From Fistulifera solaris (lineage: Eukaryota): a stretch of 64,000 nt of DNA. The DNA is taken from assembly GCA_030295235.1 (NCBI GenBank), contig AP026164.1:1426001-1490000 (forward strand). The letters are read 5' to 3'. Below the pieces are notes generated by a model that saw only the letters and a program-made list of their open reading frames with translations, had not been told where the DNA came from and searched no databases. Every line of letters starts with the position of its first letter. The first letter of the stretch is position 1. The position numbers were made by a program, and so were the translations under genes. Shown here piece by piece: positions 37,163 to 47,672 of this stretch.

Positions 37163-38752
37163 ATGCCAGCCCGCAAGATATTCGACTTACGAAATAAAGG
37201 GTGGATCTGCTTTGTTCTGTTGCTTTTCGAAATGCTCGGGCTTCAGTTCCGAATAGCTCGATGCACCCAGGCATCTGCCTTTCATATTCGCCCAAATCAT
37301 CCATCTATTACCCACGTAATGCCCTCTTATTCACTGCACTACCTTGCCACAAGGTTTGCCACACGCTCGTACACAATTTCTGCCCCAAATAAATCTCACG
37401 ACGAACAAACTTTGAAGGACGACGAGTTATTAGATTGGCGAAACCACCCTGCTTTGAATATTTCAATTCAATTTCCGACTTGGATAATACCGGTCGACGG
37501 AAAAGGAATACAGAAACTCTTAAGCGAACCACTACTACAACCTTACTTGGCAACTCGCCTCAATGTCTTGGAACACACGCATCAACGATTGAAAGTCGTT
37601 CAAGACTACTACACAGACGGCCAAAATCGAAATACGACTCATAAAGTTGTTCTTTTGCATCCAGATACCCCTTCTCGAGAGCACCTTCCTCTGGAAATGC
37701 AGCAAATGATGCGCGATTACAAAGTCGACTATCCCGGTCCCTTGGTTCCTGTTTCATTTAACTACAAACAGTTTACTGCGTCGTATGTCTTATCGAAGCT
37801 TCTACCACCGGAAGCGCACCCTCCACCAACATCCTTCGAAACCATCGGACATGTGGCACATTTGAATTTGCGGGAAAATCACCTCCCCTACAAACGTCTG
37901 ATTGGAGAAGTCTTGTTGGAAACGCTGCCTACGATTGAAACAGTCATACACAAAGTGGGAGAAGTCACGGGACCGTTTCGAACCTACGATTTTTCGGTAT
38001 TGGCGGGTCGCCCGGACACGGCCGTTAAAGTGACCGAAAGTGGGATTCAAATACATTTTGACGTGGCAGAAGTATATTGGTCGGCACGCTTATCAGAGGA
38101 ACGACAACGCATTTTGAAATATGAAGTTAAGCCAGGAGACTTTATAGCTGACGCGTTTTGTGGAGTGGGAGCTATTTGTCTTATGGCTGCTGCTCAGCTC
38201 AATTGCACAATCTCGGCCAATGACTGGAACCCGAAAGCAATGGAGTACCTGAAGGCGAACACTGTGTTGAACGGAGTGGAGGAAAACTTTAAGAAGCTGT
38301 CCTGCACTGATGCTTACGACTTTCTAATGGACCTGGGTCTCGCGGATGATAAGAAAGAGACCAGGCTTCCCGATCATGTTTTGCTCAACTTTCCATTGGA
38401 AGCTCCGCGATTTTTGGGAGCACTTCGTTGGTGGCCAGTCAAAAGTCCATCGAATTTCAAACGCAACGATAAGGTTGAAACGCACCGCAGTCCACGTGTG
38501 CACGTGTATACGTTTGCCCGTGCGGACCCCGAGACCAATCGGAGCGCCGAGGACGTAGCAGTAGATTTGATTGCTTCCAATCTGCTTCCCTTGGGAGATT
38601 CGACTCATCGCAAAGATGAACTTGACAATGATTATGGGTGTAAGGTCAATGTTCATGACGTAAGAGATGTAGCGCCTGGAAAGGTTGTCATGTGCGTCAG
38701 TTTCACCGCGACACCGAGACTGTTAAGGTGTATGCAAGGGGATTTTTCCTAG
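37163..38752 (+). CDS. TRM5: tRNA (guanine-37-N1)-methyltransferase Trm5 family, possibly organelle-targeted
   Basis: SFETIGHVAHLNLR, VYWSARLSEERQR, DAFCGVG, ANDWNP, LNFP, DVAPGKVVMCVSF. Confidence 0.9.
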   Translation: MPARKIFDLRNKGWICFVLLLFEMLGLQFRIARCTQASAFHIRPNHPSITHVMPSYSLHYLATRFATRSYTISAPNKSHDEQTLKDDELLDWRNHPALNISIQFPTWIIPVDGKGIQKLLSEPLLQPYLATRLNVLEHTHQRLKVVQDYYTDGQNRNTTHKVVLLHPDTPSREHLPLEMQQMMRDYKVDYPGPLVPVSFNYKQFTASYVLSKLLPPEAHPPPTSFETIGHVAHLNLRENHLPYKRLIGEVLLETLPTIETVIHKVGEVTGPFRTYDFSVLAGRPDTAVKVTESGIQIHFDVAEVYWSARLSEERQRILKYEVKPGDFIADAFCGVGAICLMAAAQLNCTISANDWNPKAMEYLKANTVLNGVEENFKKLSCTDAYDFLMDLGLADDKKETRLPDHVLLNFPLEAPRFLGALRWWPVKSPSNFKRNDKVETHRSPRVHVYTFARADPETNRSAEDVAVDLIASNLLPLGDSTHRKDELDNDYGCKVNVHDVRDVAPGKVVMCVSFTATPRLLRCMQGDFS

Positions 38753-39378
38753 AGGAATACCAGCTATGAAAATCGTCGGCGATCGTTACATTCTTGGTAA
38801 AATTGGAAGATAAATAGGTCTATTTTTGCAAAGAAGCAGACAGGTAGACGGGAATCAAACCACCAACGGCATATTACCAACAAGCTCCGATATGATGAAT
38901 CTCGGTGGATTAATTTCCATAATAATGAATCAAAAAACAAACGAGTACCCATTGGCAGACAAATCATGAGATCCATCATTAAAGATTTTGTTCGGCGATC
39001 GACGGAACTGGACTCTGAAAGGCGTGAATATTTTCGTGGTCAAATAACTACCTGGTCGCTCTAAAAGTTTCTTGAGCATTATTTGTCGTCAATATTGACT
39101 AGCTTCCCACGGGGCCGACGCAATTTTTCACGTAGACCTTAAATTGTTGCAAAAGTACTGTGTTTCTGGTATTTGAAACAGCATTACACCCCGGAGTAAA
39201 CAGAATAGTGTTCGAGAATAAAACAAGTTGAACATAACTCTAGTTGGAATGACAGTCATTTTACAGAAATCCTGGAGCGTTGTTTGTTGTTTTTGATGAT
39301 ACAGAAATCCTTTCCAGAAATTGTGGATACGGTGTTTTGGTTTGTGGAGAAATTCTGCGTACGATCCCGAATTTCTAA

Positions 39379-39856
39379 GGCTACTACGCTACTACCAAAC
39401 TTCCATTTTGATTCTGCTCAATTAGCTGGCGCTTTTTTGTTTCATTCAGAAAGCAGTAGCGTTCAGCAGCATTTGCAATAGACGCGGCGACTCATGATGC
39501 CGAAAGTCCTTGCGGATCTCTGTTTTTCTGTATTTACTATATACCTCAAGTGTTGACTGTTTTTCGCCACGACTGCATTTCAGTCATGAGTCACTTTCCT
39601 TCCGAACAACGCTACTAGGCTACTACGCTCCTACCAAACTTTCATTTTGATTCTGCTCAATTAGCGGGCGCTTTTTTGTTTCATTCAGAAAGCAGTAGCG
39701 TTCAGCAGCATTGCAATAGACGCGGCGACTCATGATGCCGAAAGTCCTTGCGGATCTCTGTTTTTCTGTATTTACTATATACCTCAAGTGTTGACTGTTT
39801 TTCGCCACGACTGCATTTCAGTCATGAGTCACTTTCCTTCCGAACAACGCTACTAG
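39379..39856. repeat. Near-identical ~239-bp tandem duplication
   Basis: ggctactacgct..ccaaactt..gattctgctcaattagc..aacaacgctactag starts at ~39379 and ~39618. Confidence 0.9.
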
Positions 39857-40241
39857 TGCCTCATAGCAGAGCGTATCCAAAACACAAACAAGTCTATCCA
39901 ACTGTATAATGTTATTGTAGAAACGGAGTACCGGTGCGGATACGATGGATACACCATTACTATTAAGTTATTCCGCAGGAGCGAGTAAAATAGCTCCGTT
40001 AAGGATAAAATTATCGTGACTTTTCATCGTGCTCTTTTGCATCTCGCATTCAAAAAATGGAGGTGAATTTTTACAACGACGAAAGCTGGTCTACACATGG
40101 CGACCACATTCAAATTACTACTCCGTACTAGAAATGCTGTATCCAGGTGGATACATTTTGTGTCGTACTGGTATGCTTGGATACACGTTTACTACTGTTG
40201 TATCCAATGTATTCCTGGGGATACGCTCTGCTGTGAGGCAC
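39856..40241. mobile_element. ~390-bp MITE-like element with terminal inverted repeats; TSD TA or CTAG
   Basis: ctagtgcctcatagcagagcgtatcc (39853-39878) versus ggatacgctctgctgtgaggcactag (40219-40244): 25 of 26 inverted match. No coding capacity; internal gtatcca/tggatac repeats. Confidence 0.8.
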
Positions 40242-40244
40242 TAG

Positions 40245-40665
40245 AATCGGTGCTTTTAATCATACAGAAATTCTGATTGATTTCCAGAACATCCGGATAA
40301 GGTGGTTTTGGTTGAGACAGAACTCCTGTGTTAGGTCCAGATATTTTGCAGACGATGTTTTTGGTCATACAGAAATCCTGCGTTGATTCCAGAAAATCTG
40401 GAAAAGGTGTTCATAAACATACAGAAATGCTGTATATGTATGAAAAATTCTGGAAACGCGATGTTTTGGTTTTGGATCATTCTCCAGACATTCTGGATAC
40501 GGTGGTTTTGATCATAAGGACAATAATATGTTGTGTAACCTTACGTCCCACAACTTCTGGAGACGGTGTAATTCATGACGCAGAAATTCTCTTTCATATA
40601 GAATTTCTGCGGACGTTCCAGAAATTCTGGATATGGTACGATAATGCGAAAAAGATTCCATAGAA
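40245..40665. repeat. Degenerate satellite of the palindromic (TC)CAGAAATTCTG(GA) motif; also at 39260-39360
   Basis: Many copies, e.g. tccagaaaatctgga, tccagacattctggata, tccagaaattctggata. Confidence 0.7.
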
Positions 40666-41241
40666 AAAGATCGACAAATAAGGATGAGTCGCCATCTTTC
40701 TCTTGGCTTTAATGTTGGTAAGACATTCGTTTACGGCGGTCACGTTTTCTATGTTTTCGCTAAGATGACCCCTTTCGTCTCTATTATTTAGTTATAGCCC
40801 TTACAACACATTGGTACGTAGACATTCGCGACATTGCATCTGTTGTCTTTGGTGTTCCAATTCAATTTCAGCTCTTACTTATGGTCTCTATGAAGGTATG
40901 CCCTTACTTATGGTCTCTATGAAGGTATGTGGAGAAAAGTTTCGATGAAATTTGTCCCTGTCGGACCAGAGAAATGATGAGGGTGAAGGTCGAACGTCGA
41001 ACGTCGAACGTAAAATTCGATGAAATCCGGGTGCTACCTACATCTATAAATTCCTACGAGGTACTGGTACCAGTACCAGTACCAGTACCAGGTATTTCGG
41101 AACGAGGTAAAAGACTTACACGGATTTCGTTGCACTCCAACAAAGATTACATTAAAGCAAACATCTTGACAATCGTTCTACGTTGTTTCCAAGAAGAACT
41201 ACGAAAACACTATCTTAGGGGAACAAAGATCGCTCACAAGC

Positions 41242-42606
41242 ATGGCACATGAGTCTGACTGCGACAGCGAATACTCGCTCTCCGCGGCACTGGAAAACAT
41301 GAACATTGACAGTGACTTTAACGTTTGGACGTCTTTTCGCGGATCGATGGGGCATGAAGTTTTACTATCCGGTGATATTCTTGAAGACAACAATTTAGAG
41401 GAAAATGCTGACATCGCAACTGCTCCTCCCGCCGACGAAGTAAATCCCAACCAGAAACTAGAACAGCAAGATAAGATCTGGTCAGCGAGATGGAGGCGCG
41501 ACGAAATCTACAGTCTTTTTTACATACCGTCAGACACCGAGAAAGACGAATTAAGAGATCTAGAAAAATCTTTTGAAAGTACGAAACGCTTCAATCTACT
41601 TGACACATTAGTATCCATGACCACGGCACAACCAGAAGACGCCCAAGTGTTGTCCCGACTTTTACACCCATCCGAACCTCCATACAGCATTCTACTAAAA
41701 CGAGGACCCTGCATGTGGGAGCGGCAAAAACAAGAAAGAGCAGCTGAAGCAGAAGTGATCTTACTCACACAGGGCTTATTTGTGGCTCTAGTGGCAACGG
41801 AAAAGAAATCTGTCTCGAAACAACTAGCCAAGGCAATCGAATGGTCAAAGGTCAAATTCATTCAACCATCACCTAACGACGCCGAAAAATTATGGCAGAT
41901 TTTGCTAGAAGACGATATATGGACATTCACGTGCTCCTCTGCAAAGCAGCAACAATACTGGCTGCGAGCCTTCGAACGGGTTCTGGTAGAGTATCGCATG
42001 CGAGCTCACGCTCCAGTCGAGCTTGGATGGCAATACAAATGCGTTCATAAGCCTGCATTTACTATGGCCGTGACGGATGAAATGGACATTGTTCGACCGA
42101 ACGAGAAACTACTTACAAAGCGCGATAGCTACAACGGCTACACACCTTTGCATTATGCTGTAAGGTGCAACAGACCCAATGCTGTTCGGGCGCTACTCAA
42201 GATTGGATCCGATCCTAACTATCCAGATTCAGATGGCGCTTCAAGTGTCGACCATGCAGTCAGAGATTCCGCTTCCGCAACCATAGTTGAATTGTTGCGA
42301 CAAAGCGGAGGGGTTTTTCACGACGTCAACCAGGGCGCGCTCTTCGGTCAAGTGGCATCGGTTACCGAGAAACGCGAAAAAGAAATCGCAGCTCAAAAGG
42401 AACGAGAAATTGAAGAGAAGCAGAAAGCAGACAAAGCGAAGGACAAAATGGCCGAAAATTTGCGTCTAGTACAAGAACGCGGGGAAAAAATAAACGAAAT
42501 AGGCGACAAGGCTTCTCACCTGAATGAAGAAGCCAGCAACTTTCGTTCCATGGCACAACAGCTTAAGGAAAAAACGAAACAACAGAGTAAATGGCTACCA
42601 TTCTAG
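41242..42606 (+). CDS. PH-like + ankyrin + C-terminal R-SNARE motif protein without transmembrane anchor
   Basis: PH-like end WTFTCSSAKQQQYWLRAF, ankyrin GYTPLHYAVR, SNARE helix MAENLRLVQERGEKINEIGDKASHLNEEASNF. Confidence 0.8.
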   Translation: MAHESDCDSEYSLSAALENMNIDSDFNVWTSFRGSMGHEVLLSGDILEDNNLEENADIATAPPADEVNPNQKLEQQDKIWSARWRRDEIYSLFYIPSDTEKDELRDLEKSFESTKRFNLLDTLVSMTTAQPEDAQVLSRLLHPSEPPYSILLKRGPCMWERQKQERAAEAEVILLTQGLFVALVATEKKSVSKQLAKAIEWSKVKFIQPSPNDAEKLWQILLEDDIWTFTCSSAKQQQYWLRAFERVLVEYRMRAHAPVELGWQYKCVHKPAFTMAVTDEMDIVRPNEKLLTKRDSYNGYTPLHYAVRCNRPNAVRALLKIGSDPNYPDSDGASSVDHAVRDSASATIVELLRQSGGVFHDVNQGALFGQVASVTEKREKEIAAQKEREIEEKQKADKAKDKMAENLRLVQERGEKINEIGDKASHLNEEASNFRSMAQQLKEKTKQQSKWLPF

Positions 42607-42659
42607 TATTCATAGACGTCACTAAAGTGGAACACTACAAGACTTGCCATTTCTACTTT

Positions 42660-43421
42660 CTAGTCTTTTTCTTTAAGGGTACAAAGAATATTGACCATCT
42701 TCACAACCGAATATGGCTTTCCCTCAATCATCACGTCATTTCCAGCGTAGTCCTTGAATTTGACGAAATCGCCAACTTTCACTGGACTGGGGGTGAATTC
42801 ACCTTTACTGGCCATCCTTCCTTCTCCTACTTTCACGACACGTCCCTCACACGGCACATCATCTTTCGTTACCTGTGAAGCAATCACAACACCCGACTTG
42901 GTTTGCATAGGATCACCGCCGAATTTTTCGTCAAGTTCAACCAATACATAATCTCGTACCGGAGTTACTGTTTCGAGTTTCATCGTTACACCCGAGTACG
43001 CGAGCAGAACATCATCATCGCGAATCATTTGACATTCTTCGCCCTTATACTGAACTGCTTTTCCGTCAAATTTTCCATACAATACCGACATTCCTGCTTC
43101 AATTGGATTGGTAATACGTACACCTGTGAAAGGGTGGAGCTTTCCTGGTCCAGCCTCTAGCACCAACCCTTCCGTGGGTTTCTCTTTCGATTGATCGGGA
43201 AGGAGAATACCCCCACTTGTGGCGGTCAAAGTGTCCTTTACTTTGACAAGGATGAAATTTCCCAGAGGAGTGATCGGTCCTCGAATATCTTTTCCATCCA
43301 AAGTGAATGTCGACGGAGGCGATGATTGCAAAATTGTTTGAGGCGATGAAGCAGGCGAAACCGAGATCCAAGCGTCAGCTACACCTAGTAGAAGTGTCAA
43401 AAAGAACACCGATAGCCTCAT
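42660..43421 (-). CDS. CPN21: Plastid co-chaperonin Cpn20/21 (tandem GroES domains)
   Basis: Signal ADA-W and two GroES repeats (PLGNFILVK..SGGILLP; PVRDYVLV..KSGVVI). Confidence 0.93.
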   Translation of the reverse strand: MRLSVFFLTLLLGVADAWISVSPASSPQTILQSSPPSTFTLDGKDIRGPITPLGNFILVKVKDTLTATSGGILLPDQSKEKPTEGLVLEAGPGKLHPFTGVRITNPIEAGMSVLYGKFDGKAVQYKGEECQMIRDDDVLLAYSGVTMKLETVTPVRDYVLVELDEKFGGDPMQTKSGVVIASQVTKDDVPCEGRVVKVGEGRMASKGEFTPSPVKVGDFVKFKDYAGNDVMIEGKPYSVVKMVNILCTLKEKD

Positions 43422-44071
43422 GGCGGATATGTAAACTGCGATTTGAATATTTAGCCTTTATGGACACAACGCTTGTCAAATTCGATGATGTCGATTGATC
43501 AAGAAGGTTTCGAATGATTGAAATGCCATCGATGGCGTTCGTCGCTTTTGTTGTTGTACTTGTACCAGGTAGTTTGCGTTTGATGTTTTTTTTGCGTTTT
43601 GATCTTGCGTCACACGCATTACCTGGTAGTAGCACGGACGGCTTTCGTCGCTCTGTCGCACCGACACGTGGAAGTAATAAGTACCGTACCGGACTAGAAG
43701 GACTGAACTGTGTACTCCTCTGTAAAGTCCCTATCTACAAAGTAGACATCTAGACGTCGCAACGTGAATTTTACGACCCAGAAAATGGCTGGTTTGAAAG
43801 TTGCGTCGGACTGGCCATACAACTCCGTAAATCTTCTACGGTTAGGCGCAAACTCAACCAACCACCAACGGACTGAAAACCAACCCAGAAAAAAAAGCAA
43901 CAGAAACGTAATACGGAGTAACAAACAACAGCAAAGAAAGCTTTGTTGATCAGGAGAGCACTCGCTGTTGCCTAGTATGCATTGATAACACTAAAAGCAA
44001 AACAGCATTTTTCCTTTACGGTTCGGAAGCAGTTATTGTGAGTAAACGTCACTAAAAAGTAATTCGCAAAA

Positions 44072-47000
44072 ATGAGTTCCCTTCGTCTTGCGTTGAAAAA
44101 GTCCATAGAAGAAGCCAAAGGCGGCGGAAAAGGAATATCATCAAAAAATTACGCAACGGATCTCGGAGATGATTACGGCGAAAGTCGCGATGGGGGCGAA
44201 ACACCACGCAAACGAGGCCGGCCGCGGAAGAATCCCCCTCCCAGAGATGGAGGCAACGAAGAAAACTTTAGCAGCGAAAATGAGTTCTCTGTGGGTCATG
44301 CAGAAGAAGACGACGACGGATCAGAGACATCCGATCGCAGGCGAAGCTCGAATCATGAAGCAGCTAATCGGATACAAAAGCAGTGGAAGAAACAGCAGAA
44401 AATTAAGTCGAACGAACAAGGTCAGCAACCTGGTTTGGCCGACAAAAAATCGAGCGCACAAGAATACAATGAACACATGGCTTCGGATGAACCCAGAAAA
44501 GGTTCTTCTTCCCCCCTAACCCCTACGAAATCTCATTCGCGTCCTACTTCACCAGCGGCAACCGAAAAGACATCGATCTCATCTGCTGCAGCACAGAGAA
44601 AGAATGTTGTGCCGAAAACTGGAAAACCAAGAACAGTCCCGCCTCCGTCGCAGCATCTCGCTTCTTGGCAGACGAACCATATTGCGCCGAAACGAGCGAG
44701 AAAGAGTTTAGTTCCCGGCTTGAGAGTCAAAGTACGTTTCTCACTGCGAAAAGAGGGCGGCAAGAAAAAGAAAAAAGTGGTTCGGAGGCTCTATCGCGGC
44801 TGTCAGCAAGGAGGGCACCAAAGTGAAAATTATGTACGATGATGGAACTCATGAAATCACAAAGTTTCCTGACAAGGACATTGTCATCGATGACACGGAA
44901 AATGGAGAACACAAGGCGCCGTTAGCAGTCATTGAACTTTTTTTGCCACCTGAACAGGAGGAAGTGGAAGCTGGGGAGAAGGAGGAACGTGCAGAGATGG
45001 CGACAGTGGAGAGCACTAAGGGGCCAAATACAAACAATAACGAGTTTGGCGACAAGTCGAAGTTGACTGACACGCACACTTTTATCCAATCTGATGGTAT
45101 TGTAAAACAAGACAAGACTGAGTCTCAGGCGACCAATACCGACGCTAAAGAGATTGCGGAAATCCCGATAATGTACAGCGACCAGCACCCAGACGATTTA
45201 GCTTCGAGGAAATTTGACGCGGAGACAGATGCACCTGACAAGTTAGCAAGTGAACCGGTTTTGCATTCCATTCAGCGGTCTGCTAATTCTCAACACACGC
45301 CCAATGATTCGTCTCTTTCGAAAGATATGTACATGGACGAGCCAGTGCAGTCGACCAGTACCGATTCCCCAGCGGAACAACCACTTAAAAGGAAAAGAGG
45401 CCGCCCGCCAAAAATTCGCCCGTCTTCCGACACCGATACGGTTCGTTCAAACCATTATTCTGAAGCAGCTTCATCTGATTTTACAAAACCTGCGCCGTCT
45501 GATATGGGCCTGCAAGCGAGGGGACCGCTTAGCATTAAAATCCCCCTTGGTAAGCTCGAGCATCACCTTCCAGGAAAAACTCCGAAAGCCGGTGATTCCT
45601 CTGAGTTTCTTGAAAAGTACGATCGTAGTGGTCAAAGTCCAAAAGGCATCAAACGAAAGCAAAGCAATTCTTCTTTTGCTTGTTCCAGCAACACTTCTTT
45701 GAATCAGCTAGGGGATGAGATTTCAGAAAGCAACAACTTCCAATCTTCGCCATTTCTTAAAAAGAAGATCCGGAAGGTGCTTGAGGGATCACAGCCAGAT
45801 ATTGCTGCTCGTACTGCTGACGATTCCCTTGTACTCTCCAAGCCGGCACCTCTCGACGAAACTTTAGTTCCTATAGCATCAAATAGCGCACCACAAACTG
45901 ATTATAGCGTTGAAGAAAACACTCGTGAAGCGGGCGACTCGAGGAATACTCCCGTGCCGTCATCGTTGCGCGAAGAATCTGAAACAACCCCTACACCCCC
46001 CTCATGGGAAGCATGTGTCAACTGAAGGGGCCCCGCTCGTACGGTCCGGCAGACGAGCTGCTCATCAAGCGAACGAAAGGATAGTTGCGAAAGTGGAGTC
46101 ATCGGAACACTTGTTGAAGTTAAAGAAGAAGAATAATCAAGGCGATGAAGCGGACGACCTTTCTGTCAAGCAACCTGAATGGGTACAATGCGACAGATGC
46201 AGCAAATGGCGAGTAATTCCAAGCAATTTTATAGACTCGCTCCCCACGCAATGGTATTGTGAAGACAATATACACGACCCGAAACGAGCGAGCTGTGACG
46301 CACCCGAGCAAACACTCAAGGAAGTAAATAAAGAGAGGAGGAGAGAAAAGAAAAAAGAAGCAAAGGATGTTGGAAGCCGCCGCAGCGCTTTCGAGGGAGA
46401 GAAAACGCGAAAGAGTCCGAAGTCCCTATCCCGTTGAAAACACAGATGAATTGATGCAGGTGAACCGGTCTTCGCCTGACCTCGGTCCTTCTTTAGAGAA
46501 CGAGGAGGATCACACAAAATCTGATCGAAAAGAAGGACCATTCGGGGGGAGAAAGGGCCGGACTGCTTATGCGTCCAGCGATACATTAGACGCAGCTACT
46601 GATTCTGTTCCTGAAATCCGGCGTGGCCGTGGCCGTCCCCGTCGGACCACGGCCCAGAGTGATAAGGAATCAGGAAATCTGTCGAGTAAAGGGAACAATG
46701 ACGATGTTGACAATGTCGAATGGGTCCAATGCGAGAAATGTGATAAGTGGCGAAAGCTGCCCCCGCATATTTCCGCAAGCGAGTTACCGGACGTGTGGTA
46801 TTGCGATATGAATACGTGGAGTACGAGCCTGACTTGCGATGATCCAGAAGATAAAGCGGATGGCCTGTTGGATGTTGGGTTTTTGGGCACTTCTGGTTCT
46901 AGTGGGAAATTATCATACAGAAATCTCATCTTTGGCAATACAGGAAGGAAAGCGAATAGACCGATTTCGGAGCGAACGAGAGCTGCTGAGTCATTGTTTG

Positions 47001-47622
47001 GCACAATCGAAGAAGGTGAAGACGTTGCACCGGTTGTCAAGTACTCAAATTGTTGTGCTTTCATTTCGCGTTCTAAAGCCGTGGCTGGTAGCAAAGAAAA
47101 CACTGGCCCGTCGCTCTTTGATGTCATACAGAACTGCAGCTTTGTATCGGAACTCCGTTCAATTCAGGAAGCGAACTCTTTAACAGGCCGTTTTAACGAG
47201 ACAGATACCAGTGATTCTCTCATTTTCGGGCAAACATATGACACCTTACCTCTTGAAGTGAAAAGCCATGTAAAGAAGCTTGTACTTGAAGCGCTTAGCT
47301 CATTGGCATCATCTGGCGAGGAAATCACAGAAAAAGTCAACTCAAGAAGCTGCGAGCCGCTATCAGATGCTGATGCACGCGCTCTGTCATACTGCACCAT
47401 CAACGTGGTCGTCACTACTCTATGTGCTCTTGCAAAGAAGGTGTTTTAGAAGTCGTTCACCCCGGCGGTGCGATGTGGACGACATCCGACTGGAATCCAC
47501 GCTATCGCATTGTTCGCCCACCTTGCGCTCCGAAGCGTGAAAATTGCAAAAGCGAGTTTCAAAGGAAAGAGACTCGATTTATGAAAATTTCGAAACCGTG
47601 GAAGCACATGGCGATGCAATAA
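44072..47622 (+). CDS. Chromatin protein with AT-hooks, Tudor/Agenet-like domain and two CW-type zinc fingers; ~4 frameshifts
   Basis: RKRGRPRK / RGRGRPRR, KWFGG..YDDG, WVQCDRCSKWR..WYC and WVQCEKCDKWRKLP..WYC. Confidence 0.8.
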
Positions 47623-47672
47623 AATAGTTTCTCGATAAAATCTATCAAAGACGTCTTCTAAGTATACACGTT

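Noticed and set aside
37163..38752. Functional linkage of TRM5 with the G37-containing permuted tRNA
   Set aside because: They are about 32 kb apart in a eukaryotic genome with unrelated genes between; likely coincidence.
39480..39600. Box C/D snoRNA in the 239-bp duplication
   Set aside because: Only a partial C-box (atgatg); no convincing D box or terminal stem.
40874..40928. 29-bp tandem duplication cttacttatggtctctatgaaggtatg
   Set aside because: Simple local duplication with no further structure.
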